A stretch of DNA of 64,000 bases, from contig CAPRTS010000003.1 in assembly GCA_948695535.1 (NCBI GenBank), forward strand, positions 21,107 to 85,106, given 5' to 3'. The translations under genes were made by a program, and so were the position numbers. This document shows positions 9,838 through 19,598 of this stretch, in pieces; the first letter of the stretch is position 1; every line of letters begins with the position of its first letter. Origin of the DNA: an uncultured Eubacteriales bacterium (GTDB taxonomy: Bacteria > Bacillota > Clostridia > Christensenellales > UBA1242). Below the pieces are notes generated by a model. It searched no databases and was not told the DNA's origin. It saw only the letters and a program-made list of their open reading frames with translations.

Positions 9838-10611
9838 GTCCATAATCATCATGACCACAAAACCAACCGTAAAGCCGAGCGTACTCCAACTGCGGTTTTC
9901 TTTGGCAATGTCAGGAATCAGTTCCCCAATTACGACCGTCAGCATGGCGCCCGCGGCGAAAGTTAATAAGAACGGTAAGATACTGCGTACCGCCATGGTA
10001 ATGAAAAAACCAATCACGGCGGCAATGGGTTCGACGATGCCACTGGCTTGGCCTAAAAAGAACGCTTTGCTTTTTTTCATGCCGTCACGGTAAAGTGGTA
10101 CCGATACGGCTAGGCCGTCAGGAAAATTTTGGATACCGATCCCGACCGCTATCATGATTGCCGTTAATAAATTACTGCCGGCCAGACCCATAGCGAAACT
10201 GCTGAACCCGACACCAATAGCTAAGCCTTCGGGAATATTGTGCAGGGTAACAGTGCTGAAAAGCAGTATACTACGTTTTTTATCGTCGGCGTGGGGTAAT
10301 TTTCGGTCTAAAATCAGGGAAGTTAGTGTGATGAATAAACCACCTACCAAAAAACCAAGGCTGGGTAAAAGCCACGATAGGTTTGGCCAAAGTTCGTTTG
10401 CTAAGTCGATTGCGGGCAAAGTAAGTGACCACAAAGCCGCCGCCACCATAATACCGGCACTAACACCTAACATGATGTCAAGAGCTCGTTTATTGATGTC
10501 TTTATCTTTGAAACAAAAAACAACTGCCGCCCCCAGTACGGTGGCTAGCCAAGCAAAAAGTGCCGCCAGTAGCAGGAGAACAACGGGTGGAATTTGTGCC
10601 AAATTGTCCAT
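9820..10611 (-). CDS. ZIP family metal transporter
   Basis: Multi-TM protein with HNIPEGLAIG and IQNFPDGLAVS ZIP signatures. The ORF is open to a GTG at 10638; the first ATG is at 10611. Confidence 0.8.
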   Translation of the reverse strand: MDNLAQIPPVVLLLLAALFAWLATVLGAAVVFCFKDKDINKRALDIMLGVSAGIMVAAALWSLTLPAIDLANELWPNLSWLLPSLGFLVGGLFITLTSLILDRKLPHADDKKRSILLFSTVTLHNIPEGLAIGVGFSSFAMGLAGSNLLTAIMIAVGIGIQNFPDGLAVSVPLYRDGMKKSKAFFLGQASGIVEPIAAVIGFFITMAVRSILPFLLTFAAGAMLTVVIGELIPDIAKENRSWSTLGFTVGFVVMMIMDLTLTW

Positions 10612-10684
10612 TATCTTTATCTTATGTTGGAAAATCACTTTCTGTTTATTGGCATGGTATGCTATAATCCTCTAGGAGGGTAAA

Positions 10685-11284
10685 ATGCAAGTTTCAATCT
10701 CAATAGAACCATATCTAGGGTTAGATATGTCGATATTAACCCAATATCTTGATAAAATTGTTCGGTTAAAGACTACACAGTTACCAAATTTAAGTATTCA
10801 TTTTGATTATTTCAAGCCAAACGAAACCGTTTTGAATTTACTGAGTAATTACGCTGACCGCATTGATATTTATGTCCATTTAATGGCACCAATGCCACTG
10901 GGTAATCAAAATTTTAAAGTAGTTTCTTTGGATGCAACACAGTATCCCGCGTATGGTGACGAACGACAAGGTATTGTCTTTGACTTGGGGTGTGACGTGT
11001 ATGGGTACGAAGATCTAATTCGTGCTACCAAATATATTACTATTATGACGGTTAAGTGTGGTAAATCGGGTCAAAGTTTTAATGAATCGGCGTTGGCTTT
11101 GGTCCCGAAAATTCGGGCTTTGAATCCGCGAGCGGTCATCACTGTCGATGGGGGTGTTAACGAAACTAACATATCTTTATTAAAAAAAACTGGTGTGGAT
11201 ATTGTAGTAGTTGGCAATTATGCCCGTAAAGCCTACGAAACCGGAACTTTGGCAATTTCATTAAATAGGTTGTTGCGTGATTAA
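10685..11284 (+). CDS. ribulose-phosphate 3-epimerase-like TIM-barrel protein (divergent)
   Basis: Rpe-like spacing of IHFDY, VHLM, IMTVKCGKSGQSF and ITVDGGVN, but the catalytic-site residues look altered. AGGAGG SD upstream. Confidence 0.5.
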   Translation: MQVSISIEPYLGLDMSILTQYLDKIVRLKTTQLPNLSIHFDYFKPNETVLNLLSNYADRIDIYVHLMAPMPLGNQNFKVVSLDATQYPAYGDERQGIVFDLGCDVYGYEDLIRATKYITIMTVKCGKSGQSFNESALALVPKIRALNPRAVITVDGGVNETNISLLKKTGVDIVVVGNYARKAYETGTLAISLNRLLRD

Positions 11285-11301
11285 ATTTACTGTGTTATAA
11301 T
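11273..11301 (+). promoter_or_regulatory. promoter of rpmB, predicted leaderless
   Basis: TTGCGT (11273-11278), N17, TGtTATAAT (hexamer 11296-11301), N7, ATG 11309. Confidence 0.5.
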
Positions 11302-11308
11302 CAAAGTT

Positions 11309-11497
11309 ATGAGCAGAGTATGTGATTTGTGTGGAAAAGACAAACTGGCGGGTAACACTGTGTCGCACAGTAACCGTCGCGCACCGAAAAAAAGTGTGCC
11401 TAACTTACAAAAGGAAACTATCGTTTGTGACGATGGGGCAAAAGTGACTTTGAAAGTTTGCACTAAGTGCAAAAAAACCTTAAATAAAATCGGGTGA
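11309..11497 (+). CDS. rpmB: 50S ribosomal protein L28
   Basis: MSRVCDLCGKDKLAGNTVSHSNRRAPKKSVPNLQ is a typical L28 sequence. Confidence 0.9.
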   Translation: MSRVCDLCGKDKLAGNTVSHSNRRAPKKSVPNLQKETIVCDDGAKVTLKVCTKCKKTLNKIG

Positions 11498-11503
11498 TGC
11501 TTG

Positions 11504-11845
11504 ATGGCAATCAGTACCTCTAATTTATACGGCAATATCGCTATTTCGCGTAAGGCAATCCGTTCCGTTGCGGGGATTGCGGCTTTGGAATGTTATGGCG
11601 TATGGGGTGTCGGTAATAAACGTGTGGTGCGTAATGCTGCCAGTGAATTTCGCATTAAAAATGGTGTTCGGGTTTGGGTCGGCAAAAACAAAGTTGGTAT
11701 TTATATTGACTTGCTTTTGTGTTTCGGTGTGCCAATCGACGCTATTATTACCTCGGTTCGTAACGCAATTAAATATAAAGTGGAAAATTTCAGCGGAATG
11801 GAAGTGCTTTTCGTTGATATTCGCGTAATGGGGATTCGTAAATAA
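11504..11845 (+). CDS. Asp23/Gls24 family envelope stress protein
   Basis: GNIAISRKAIRSVAGIAALECYGV plus an Asp23-like C-terminus. Canonical position upstream of the DAK2 gene. Confidence 0.85.
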   Translation: MAISTSNLYGNIAISRKAIRSVAGIAALECYGVWGVGNKRVVRNAASEFRIKNGVRVWVGKNKVGIYIDLLLCFGVPIDAIITSVRNAIKYKVENFSGMEVLFVDIRVMGIRK

Positions 11846-11858
11846 AAGGAAAATTAAA

Positions 11859-13604
11859 ATGAGTAACACTAAAACAACAGCAAAAACCACTAAAAAGTCT
11901 ACTAATAATAAAACTGCTACCACTAAGTCGGCCAGTCCCGTTAAGGATAAAAAGGCAACCGCCATTACTACCTTAAACGGCAGCACTTTGAAAAAAATGT
12001 TCATTGGTGCGTACAATTTGTTAGATAAGAACAAAAATTTTATCAACAGTTTGAATGTTTTCCCCGTGCCGGACGGTGATACTGGCTTGAATATGAGTTT
12101 AACGTTACGGTCGGCTATCACCGAAGTCGAAAACATTAATACCAACAACATGGTAGAACTGACCGACGGCATTGCTCGTGGGGCTTTGAAAGGCGCCCGC
12201 GGTAACAGCGGCGTTATTACCAGCCAAATCTTGAAAGGTATGATGTCGGTGTTTGGAAAAGGCAACAATGATAACAAAATTACTACCAAAATTTTTGCTC
12301 AAGCCATGACGGAAGGAGCCAAAACCGCTTATTCAGCGGTTACTTTGCCGAAAGAAGGCACGATTTTAACGGTTATTCGCGTAATGGCAGAAGAAGCCGA
12401 AAAGATTGCCCGTAATACCACGGATTTTATCGCTTTCTTGCAAAAAGTTATTGATGCTGGGGAAATGATTTTGTCAAAAACACCCGACATGTTGCCGGTT
12501 TTGAAAAAAGCTGGGGTAGTTGATGCGGGCGGTCGCGGAGTGATTACCATTTTTATGGGTTGTTTGGCGACTTTGCAGGGTAACTTAGAGTTGATGGAAG
12601 TGAAAAACGACAAGGATACCACTGTTTTCCGAGATACAGCAGATGAAGTTGCTGAAATTGAAGATATTAGCGAAATTGAATTCGCCTACTGTACCGAATT
12701 TTTTGTGGTTAATATGAAAAAGACGACCACAACTGCTAGCATCGATAAATTCCGCGTTCGCTTAATGGAATTAGGTGACAGCGTTATTTGTGTCGGTGAC
12801 TTAAACATGATTAAAGTGCATGTACATACGAACACCCCGAACTTAGCGTTAGGTGCGGCGTTGGAGTTAGGTGAAATTACCAAAATTAAGATTGAAAATA
12901 TGTTGGAACAAAACCGTGAATTGCGTAACAGCCGTAATATTCCCGATAAAGAACAAGGTTTGGTCATGGTGGCAACGGGTGAAGGTATTCGGGCTTTGTT
13001 ACGTGACTTGGGAGTGGACTTCGTGATCAAAGGTGGACAAACCAGCAACCCCAGTGCGGAAGAAATTGCTACGGCATGTGACCGCGTGCACGCGAAAAAT
13101 GTTTTTGTGTTCCCCAACAACAAGAATATTGTCTTGGCGGCAATGAATGCCCAGTCGTTAACTAAGAAAAACATTGTGATTATCCCGACCAGTAGTGTTT
13201 GTGAAGGTATCGCAGCGGCAATTGCGTTCTCGCCTGATTGTACTATTGAAGAAAATACACAAACGTTTTTAACAACGATTAAAGCGGTGGTTTCGGCATC
13301 GGTAACCTATGCAGTACGGGACACCAAAATGGATAATTTGGATATTAAAAAAGGCGATATTATCGGTTTAGACGAAAAAGCCATAATCGCCAAAGGTAAG
13401 AACCCGGCCGAAGTTGCTGTTAAACTGTGCGAAAAATTAGTTACCGAAGAAACTGGTTCGATCACTTTGTATTTTGGTGAGGAAGTTAAAGAAAGTGATG
13501 CTACTGCTGTTGGTGAAAAAATTCAAAATAAATACCCGGCAACTGATGTTACCGTAGTCAACGGGGGACAAAGCATTTATTATTATTTGTTGGCTATTGA
13601 ATAA
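11859..13604 (+). CDS. DAK2 domain fusion protein (YloV-like)
   Basis: DAK2 motifs PVPDGDTGLNM and GARGNSGVI with a long YloV-type C-terminal domain. About 38 aa of K/T-rich N-terminal low-complexity extension. Confidence 0.85.
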   Translation: MSNTKTTAKTTKKSTNNKTATTKSASPVKDKKATAITTLNGSTLKKMFIGAYNLLDKNKNFINSLNVFPVPDGDTGLNMSLTLRSAITEVENINTNNMVELTDGIARGALKGARGNSGVITSQILKGMMSVFGKGNNDNKITTKIFAQAMTEGAKTAYSAVTLPKEGTILTVIRVMAEEAEKIARNTTDFIAFLQKVIDAGEMILSKTPDMLPVLKKAGVVDAGGRGVITIFMGCLATLQGNLELMEVKNDKDTTVFRDTADEVAEIEDISEIEFAYCTEFFVVNMKKTTTTASIDKFRVRLMELGDSVICVGDLNMIKVHVHTNTPNLALGAALELGEITKIKIENMLEQNRELRNSRNIPDKEQGLVMVATGEGIRALLRDLGVDFVIKGGQTSNPSAEEIATACDRVHAKNVFVFPNNKNIVLAAMNAQSLTKKNIVIIPTSSVCEGIAAAIAFSPDCTIEENTQTFLTTIKAVVSASVTYAVRDTKMDNLDIKKGDIIGLDEKAIIAKGKNPAEVAVKLCEKLVTEETGSITLYFGEEVKESDATAVGEKIQNKYPATDVTVVNGGQSIYYYLLAIE

Positions 13605-13651
13605 TTTAATTTTCGACAAATTTTGCACAAAGTTGCTTCATAGAGTTGGCT

Positions 13652-15136
13652 ATGAAGCAATTTTTAACCAAACTTGAAATTGGTGAACAAACGGTAATGG
13701 TTAGTGGTCTTTACCACAACAGTAAGTTGGTACGTCCGCAAGGTTTGTTTTTCGCGTTGTCGGGGGCAAGTTATATTGCGGAGGCGGTAGACAATGGCGC
13801 AACGGTGGTCATCACCGAAGTTGGGGTCGAAGTTCCCCAATCGGTCACGCATATTGTGGTTGATGATGTGCGCGAAAGTATGGCTTTGGTGAGTAAACAA
13901 TTTTATGGTAACGTAGTCGATCAAATGCGTGTGACCGGGATAGTTGGCACAAACGGTAAAACTACCACTGCGTATTTAGTACGGCACATTTTAGAAATGG
14001 CCACGGGAAAAAATGTCGGCTTAATTGGCACAACCGGAATTTATGGTGCGGGTCAACAGTGGAATGGTGTTACCACCTTAACAACTCCTGATCCTATTGA
14101 ATTGCATCAAGCGTTGTCCGCGATGTACCACAACGGCGTTCGTGATGTGGTTATGGAAGTTTCGGCACACGCTATTTATTACCGCAAAGTAGCAGGGATC
14201 AGTTATGCGGGGGTGATTTTTACCAATATTACGCAAGACCATTTGGACTTTTTTCAAACCTTTGAACACTACAAAAATACTAAAATTCTATTTTTTCGGG
14301 AATTAAAAACAGGCACAGTGGTCATCAATGCGGACGACAAATACGGTTTGGCGGTGGCGGACGCCGTGCGTAATAAACCAATGGTTAAAGCAATTTCTTA
14401 TTCCTTGAGGCAAGATACGATTGTGGGTACTGCGCAATGGGCGTTTGTTGATCAGGTCAAACTGACGGTAACGGGTAGTGATTTTAATCTAAGCAAAGTT
14501 GGTGCTTGTCATTTGGCCTTGCCGGGTTTGTACAATGTTTACAACGCCGTTGCGGCCGCCTTACTGTGTAACGACTACGGAGTAAAATGGCCTTTGGTGC
14601 AAGAAGCATTAAGCACTGTATCGGCTGTGCCGGGGCGTTTTAATACTTACAACATTAAAGGAGTAACCGCGATTATTGATTACGCTCATACGCCGGATGG
14701 GTTGGAAAAATTACTGACCAACGCCAAAGCCTTATTACCGGCGAAAGCTCACTTAACCGTTGTTTTCGGTTGCGGTGGTGACCGTGATCGCAGTAAGCGC
14801 CCGTTAATGGGTAAAATTGCGGCACAAATTGCCGACCACGTTGTCTTGACCAGTGACAATCCTCGTAACGAAGAACCCGACGCAATTATTGACGAAATTG
14901 AACGCGGTATTGTGACTATGGATGTAGCACACATGACTGCCAATTTGGACGGTACAGTTAATCAGCACGTACGTTTTGTGGATCGTGTTCAAGCCATCAA
15001 TTACGCAATTGAACACGCTGCGGTCGGCGACATTGTGGTTATAGCGGGTAAAGGACACGAAAACTATATTGATATTAAAGGGCAAAAAATTCCGTATATG
15101 GACCGCAAAGTGTTAGATAATATTTTACGGGGGTAA
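13652..15136 (+). CDS. murE: UDP-N-acetylmuramoyl-L-alanyl-D-glutamate--2,6-diaminopimelate ligase
   Basis: GTNGKTTT P-loop, the DNPRNEEP motif typical of the DAP-type, and GKGHE. Alternative TTG start at 13646. Confidence 0.9.
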   Translation: MKQFLTKLEIGEQTVMVSGLYHNSKLVRPQGLFFALSGASYIAEAVDNGATVVITEVGVEVPQSVTHIVVDDVRESMALVSKQFYGNVVDQMRVTGIVGTNGKTTTAYLVRHILEMATGKNVGLIGTTGIYGAGQQWNGVTTLTTPDPIELHQALSAMYHNGVRDVVMEVSAHAIYYRKVAGISYAGVIFTNITQDHLDFFQTFEHYKNTKILFFRELKTGTVVINADDKYGLAVADAVRNKPMVKAISYSLRQDTIVGTAQWAFVDQVKLTVTGSDFNLSKVGACHLALPGLYNVYNAVAAALLCNDYGVKWPLVQEALSTVSAVPGRFNTYNIKGVTAIIDYAHTPDGLEKLLTNAKALLPAKAHLTVVFGCGGDRDRSKRPLMGKIAAQIADHVVLTSDNPRNEEPDAIIDEIERGIVTMDVAHMTANLDGTVNQHVRFVDRVQAINYAIEHAAVGDIVVIAGKGHENYIDIKGQKIPYMDRKVLDNILRG

Positions 15137-15141
15137 ATGCG

Positions 15142-16125
15142 GTGGTTATCAAAACCGATTTGTGGTTAGTGTTATTGTCGTTTGTGCTGGCATTGTTGTG
15201 CGGTTTTATTTTTGTGCCACTTTTACAACGCTTAAAAGCGGGCCAGTCAATTTTGCGTTACGTTGAATTGCACGCGAACAAAGCGGGAACCCCAACCATG
15301 GGCGGTATAATCTTTATTTTGCCAATTGTCAGCGTCGCGGCTGTCTTGGTTGATTGGCAAACTACGCCCTTAGCAATTATGTTGATAGTTGCCAGTTTTG
15401 GTTACGGGTTAGTTGGCTTCTTGGATGATTTTTTGAAAATTAAACACCACCAAAATTTGGGCTTGCGGGCTTATCAAAAAATTATTGGCCAGTTAGGCAT
15501 CGCGTTGTTGGTGGCGTGGTTTTATACGCGGAGCAATCCTGCTGGTGAAATTTGGGTGCCGTTTTTTAACTGTTATTGGCAGATCGGCGGCGTTGGTATC
15601 TTTGCGTTAACCTTGTTAATTTTGGTAGCCACCACCAATGCGGTTAACTTGACGGATGGTCTTGATGGTTTGGCCGGTAGTACCAGTTTAGTTTACCTAT
15701 TGTTTTTATACGCACTGTTATCCTTAACGGATTGGGGTGATGAAATTGTCATTATCAGTCACATAATTGCGATTAGTATTGGCAGTTTGGCGGCCTATTT
15801 GCTTTTCAACACCAAAAAAGCATCCGTTTTCATGGGTGACACAGGGTCGTTATTTTTGGGTGGTTTAATTGCCATGGTTTCGTTATTCAGTGGTTTAGGG
15901 TTAGTTATTGTCGTGTTGGGCATTATGTTCGTGTGGTCAGCGTTAAGTACTATGTTGCAAGTTGCTTTCTTTAAAATAACCAAAGGTAAACGCATTTTCC
16001 GTATGGCACCATTTCATCACCATTTAGAGCAACGCGGTTGGCAGGAACCAAAAATTGTTGCTTTATACGTCATGATTACCGCGGTAATGGGCGTGGTCTT
16101 AATCTTGTCGTTAATGTATGTGTAA
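15142..16125 (+). CDS. mraY: phospho-N-acetylmuramoyl-pentapeptide transferase
   Basis: GTPTMGG, NAVNLTDGLDGLA, MGDTGSL and APFHHHLE motifs. GTG start. Confidence 0.9.
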   Translation: MVIKTDLWLVLLSFVLALLCGFIFVPLLQRLKAGQSILRYVELHANKAGTPTMGGIIFILPIVSVAAVLVDWQTTPLAIMLIVASFGYGLVGFLDDFLKIKHHQNLGLRAYQKIIGQLGIALLVAWFYTRSNPAGEIWVPFFNCYWQIGGVGIFALTLLILVATTNAVNLTDGLDGLAGSTSLVYLLFLYALLSLTDWGDEIVIISHIIAISIGSLAAYLLFNTKKASVFMGDTGSLFLGGLIAMVSLFSGLGLVIVVLGIMFVWSALSTMLQVAFFKITKGKRIFRMAPFHHHLEQRGWQEPKIVALYVMITAVMGVVLILSLMYV

Positions 16126-16150
16126 ATAATGATGTGCATATAAATGGGCT

Positions 16151-17434
16151 ATGAAAGCCAAAATAATCGGTTATGGTGTCAGCGGCAAGGCAGCAGAAAG
16201 CTTTTTAGCGGCGCGACAAATTGAAACCGTAGTGGTTGCCGATGCCGAAGAAGTAGTTCCGTTGGATTACGATTTTTGTGTACTATCTCCAGGTGTTCCA
16301 TTAGCCAAAGTTAAAACGGAAGATGTTCCGGTTGTCGCCGAAGTTGAGTTACCTTTTTATCTTGATAAAAATATTAAACCACGTTGTGTAATTGCCGTGA
16401 CGGGTACTAATGGTAAAACGACCGTAGTTAAACAAATCACGCAGATGTGCCAAACCGCGGGTAAAGCGGTGGTAATGTGTGGGAACGTCGGTGTACCGGT
16501 TTCGCGGGTTGCCGAACAACTTAATGACCACATTGCCGTTATTGAAGTGTCGTCCTTTATGTTAGAACAGACACAAATTTTGCGACCGCAGATCGCAGTG
16601 TTAACTAATATTACGTCGGATCATTTAGACCGTCACCAAACTATGGCGGAATACGTGCGTTGCAAGCAACAAATTGTGGCAAATCAAAAACGTGGTGACA
16701 TTTTAATCGTGAATTGGGACGATGCTAATGCACGTGCCGTAGGACAAGCGGTGGCCAAGACTCGCGTTACCAAAGTAATTTGGTACAGCACAAGCGAACC
16801 CGTCACGGGCTACTATGTGCGCAAAGGACAAATTTACGAACGTTTAGGGTGGCGAACGCGCTCGCTTTTTGCCGCCACTGACTTGGGTGGTATGCCACAC
16901 ACCTTGTCAAACGCGTTAGCCGTAGTGGCGGTAGGCCGACGGTTAGGTGTACCTTTGTCGGCAATTAAAACTGCAACCCGTTACCGTGAACAAGAACACC
17001 GGATCGCTTTGGTTGCCGATCAGCAAGGGGTGGCTTACTACGACGACAGTAAGGCCACCAACATGGCGGCGACCATAGCGGCAACGCAAGCCTTTCAATT
17101 ACCGGTTTGTTTGATTTTGTGTGGGCTAACCAAGGGACAAGATTATCACGAATTATTTAGTGCTTTGCCAGCAACCGTGCAGAGTATTATTGTGTTCGGG
17201 GCTTGTCAAGAAACCGTTACCGCGGTTGCCAGAGAAGTCGGTTTTAAGGCAGTGTATCCAGTGCCTGATTTAACTGCTGCTGTGGCTAAGGCAGCAAGTA
17301 TAGCACCACGTCCCGGCGTAGTACTATTTAGTCCCGCAGGTAGTAGTTTTGACCAGTTCCACGATTACGCTGCCCGGGGTAACGCTTTCCAAACTGCGGT
17401 ACGTAATTTAGTTATGGTAACGCCACAATGTTAG
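16151..17434 (+). CDS. murD: UDP-N-acetylmuramoylalanine--D-glutamate ligase
   Basis: VTGTNGKTT, NITSDHLDRH and DDSKATN motifs, within dcw context. Confidence 0.9.
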   Translation: MKAKIIGYGVSGKAAESFLAARQIETVVVADAEEVVPLDYDFCVLSPGVPLAKVKTEDVPVVAEVELPFYLDKNIKPRCVIAVTGTNGKTTVVKQITQMCQTAGKAVVMCGNVGVPVSRVAEQLNDHIAVIEVSSFMLEQTQILRPQIAVLTNITSDHLDRHQTMAEYVRCKQQIVANQKRGDILIVNWDDANARAVGQAVAKTRVTKVIWYSTSEPVTGYYVRKGQIYERLGWRTRSLFAATDLGGMPHTLSNALAVVAVGRRLGVPLSAIKTATRYREQEHRIALVADQQGVAYYDDSKATNMAATIAATQAFQLPVCLILCGLTKGQDYHELFSALPATVQSIIVFGACQETVTAVAREVGFKAVYPVPDLTAAVAKAASIAPRPGVVLFSPAGSSFDQFHDYAARGNAFQTAVRNLVMVTPQC

Positions 17435-18743
17435 CGCCCAATTGCTGTAAATCCTTAACAATGTCTTGGTGACCACGGGCGATATAATCGGCGTGGTCAA
17501 TAGTGCAAGTCCCCTTAGTGGCCAAGGCAGCAATAACCAAAGCAACACCACCGCGTAAATCCGTAGCGTTTAACTTTGTTCCCGTGCAAACGGCGGGGGC
17601 TGGTACTCGGTAAGCACTGGGACAAAGGTTCGGGGTTGGTTGGGCTTGTAACTCGGTAACGCCGCAAATGTGGGCTTGGTTGCCTTGGATAGTAATTTTG
17701 GCACCTAATTTAATCAGTTCTGGTAGGTAGCGAAAACGATTTTCAAAAAGATTTTCGGTGATAGTACTGCGACCGTGTGTGAGTGCCAGTAGTACGCAAA
17801 ATTGACTTTGTAAATCAGTTGGGAAACCCGGGTAGGGAGCAGTATGAACCATAAAATTATGGTGGCGGCGACGTTTAGCAATAATGTGTAAAGTATCAGT
17901 CGAAGTCGTAATTTTGGCACCAAGTAACTTCAATTTATTGATTAAATTGACGTTGTGAGCGGGAACAACGTTGCGTAAAATTACGTCCCCACCAGTCGCT
18001 GTGACAGCGATTAAGTATGTTCCCGTGTTGATGCGGTCGGGAATTGGAGTATAGTCGGTACCGTGTAATTGGGCGACACTGGTGACCGTAATGGTGTCGG
18101 TACCGGCGCCGGTTATTTGGGCGCCACATTGGTTTAAAAAATTACAAAGGTCAACAATCTCCGGCTCTTTGGCAACGCCAATAATTTGGTAAGTGTTACC
18201 CGCACAACCTAAGGTTGTGGCTTGAATAATGTTTTCGGTAGCCCCGACCGATGGAAAGTCTAAGGTCAGTACAGTGGTACGACGTTTGGGTTTGGGGGTG
18301 TAGGTCGCAGTAATAGTGGTGGCTGAAGTTTTAATTTTAACCCCAATTTGTCGTAGTAAGTTAAGGTGCAAATCAATGGGGCGACTGCCGATCGAACAAC
18401 CGCCGGGATAAGGTAATTTAACGGCACCTAAGCGTGCCAACAAGGCGCCCATAACAAAAATGCTGCCACGAATTTGTCGGGCGGCAGTTGCGTCAATTTG
18501 GTGCGTAGTAGGTCGTTGCACGTCAATTTTAACGGTATCACTTTGGCGATGAATGTGGCACCCCAAGCCAGCTAAAATATGTAGCATTTGCCGTAGGTCG
18601 GTAATTTGGGGCACGTGACGCAAGCGTACACTGCCGTTAACCATTAAGCACGCGGTCATAATTGGTAATAGACTATTTTTGGCACCATCAATAGTGATTG
18701 TGCCATACAATGGGCGACCGCCTGTGATTTGTATCTTCGACAT
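17412..18743 (-). CDS. murA: UDP-N-acetylglucosamine 1-carboxyvinyltransferase
   Basis: MSKIQITGGRPLYGTITIDGAKNS start, the GGCSIGSRPIDLH active-site loop, and a full-length EPT fold. Its 3' end overlaps murD by 23 nt. Confidence 0.9.
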   Translation of the reverse strand: MSKIQITGGRPLYGTITIDGAKNSLLPIMTACLMVNGSVRLRHVPQITDLRQMLHILAGLGCHIHRQSDTVKIDVQRPTTHQIDATAARQIRGSIFVMGALLARLGAVKLPYPGGCSIGSRPIDLHLNLLRQIGVKIKTSATTITATYTPKPKRRTTVLTLDFPSVGATENIIQATTLGCAGNTYQIIGVAKEPEIVDLCNFLNQCGAQITGAGTDTITVTSVAQLHGTDYTPIPDRINTGTYLIAVTATGGDVILRNVVPAHNVNLINKLKLLGAKITTSTDTLHIIAKRRRHHNFMVHTAPYPGFPTDLQSQFCVLLALTHGRSTITENLFENRFRYLPELIKLGAKITIQGNQAHICGVTELQAQPTPNLCPSAYRVPAPAVCTGTKLNATDLRGGVALVIAALATKGTCTIDHADYIARGHQDIVKDLQQLGANIVALP

Positions 18744-18758
18744 TAATTCATATTATGT

Positions 18759-18787
18759 TTGACCACGCGGTCAGTGTGACTTATAAT
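18759..18787 (+). promoter_or_regulatory. promoter of the FtsQ-like gene, predicted leaderless
   Basis: TTGACC (18759-18764), N17, TATAAT (18782-18787), N7, ATG 18795. Confidence 0.5.
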
Positions 18788-18794
18788 TTAATTG

Positions 18795-19598
18795 ATGAAA
18801 AGTAAGGTTTTGTTGACCATGCTGATTATCCTGGTTGTCTTGGCAGGACTTGGCATTATGTGCGGTACCATTTTTGTAGTGCGTGATGTCGAAGTTGTTG
18901 ACGCCAATCCCGCGACAATTTTGTCGGCGGAAGAAAAAAACAACATTGTTACTAAAACTGAATTACATGGCAAAAATATTTTGTTCAGTATTAACCAAAA
19001 CAAGATTAAAGCCAATATTAAGGCTTGTGATCCAATGTATAAAGTCCACAGTATTAAAACTGAATTTCCTAACAAAGTGGTTATCAAAATTTCGCGGCGC
19101 GTACCAATTTATTGGGATCAGGTTAACAGCAAATATTATGATGCGGACATGTACGTTGTTAAGGAAATGGGGACAACGCCAACCGATTGCGTGGATATTA
19201 CGGGAGCCAATTTGCAATTAAAAGAAGACGTGAATTATGGTGACCTTGCTGTGGGTAAAACCAGTACCGATAACCGTAAAATTAACCAATTAAAACTTGT
19301 GGCGGCTTATTTCCCAACTTTAAGTGGGTTTACGCTTAAATATAATGACGATGCCGCACACGTCGGTGGCAAGTTAATTTGCTTACATCTTACCGTGGCT
19401 TATGGGGTGACTTTTGAACTTAAAACCATGGCTGACGATGACTTTGCGCACCTGTTGGCGTTTGTGAATACGGTTTATCAAAACGAAGCTAAACAAGCGA
19501 CCGGTAATTACAAAGCGATGTATCACCAGTCGGGCAAATGTACCGTTAAATACACCGATCTTGGCGGTAATGGAGAAAAAACTTATGTTGAAAAATAA
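18795..19598 (+). CDS. FtsQ/DivIB-like cell division protein (N-terminal TM plus POTRA)
   Basis: One N-terminal TM helix, then a POTRA-like VRDVEVVDANP...FPNKVVIKISRRVPI. Position after the mur genes. Confidence 0.6.
   Translation: MKSKVLLTMLIILVVLAGLGIMCGTIFVVRDVEVVDANPATILSAEEKNNIVTKTELHGKNILFSINQNKIKANIKACDPMYKVHSIKTEFPNKVVIKISRRVPIYWDQVNSKYYDADMYVVKEMGTTPTDCVDITGANLQLKEDVNYGDLAVGKTSTDNRKINQLKLVAAYFPTLSGFTLKYNDDAAHVGGKLICLHLTVAYGVTFELKTMADDDFAHLLAFVNTVYQNEAKQATGNYKAMYHQSGKCTVKYTDLGGNGEKTYVEK

Noticed and set aside
11525-12289. 254-aa minus-strand ORF spanning the asp23 and DAK2 genes.
   Set aside because: It crosses an intergenic boundary between two well-supported plus-strand genes and has no recognisable motifs. 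Treated as an antisense artefact.
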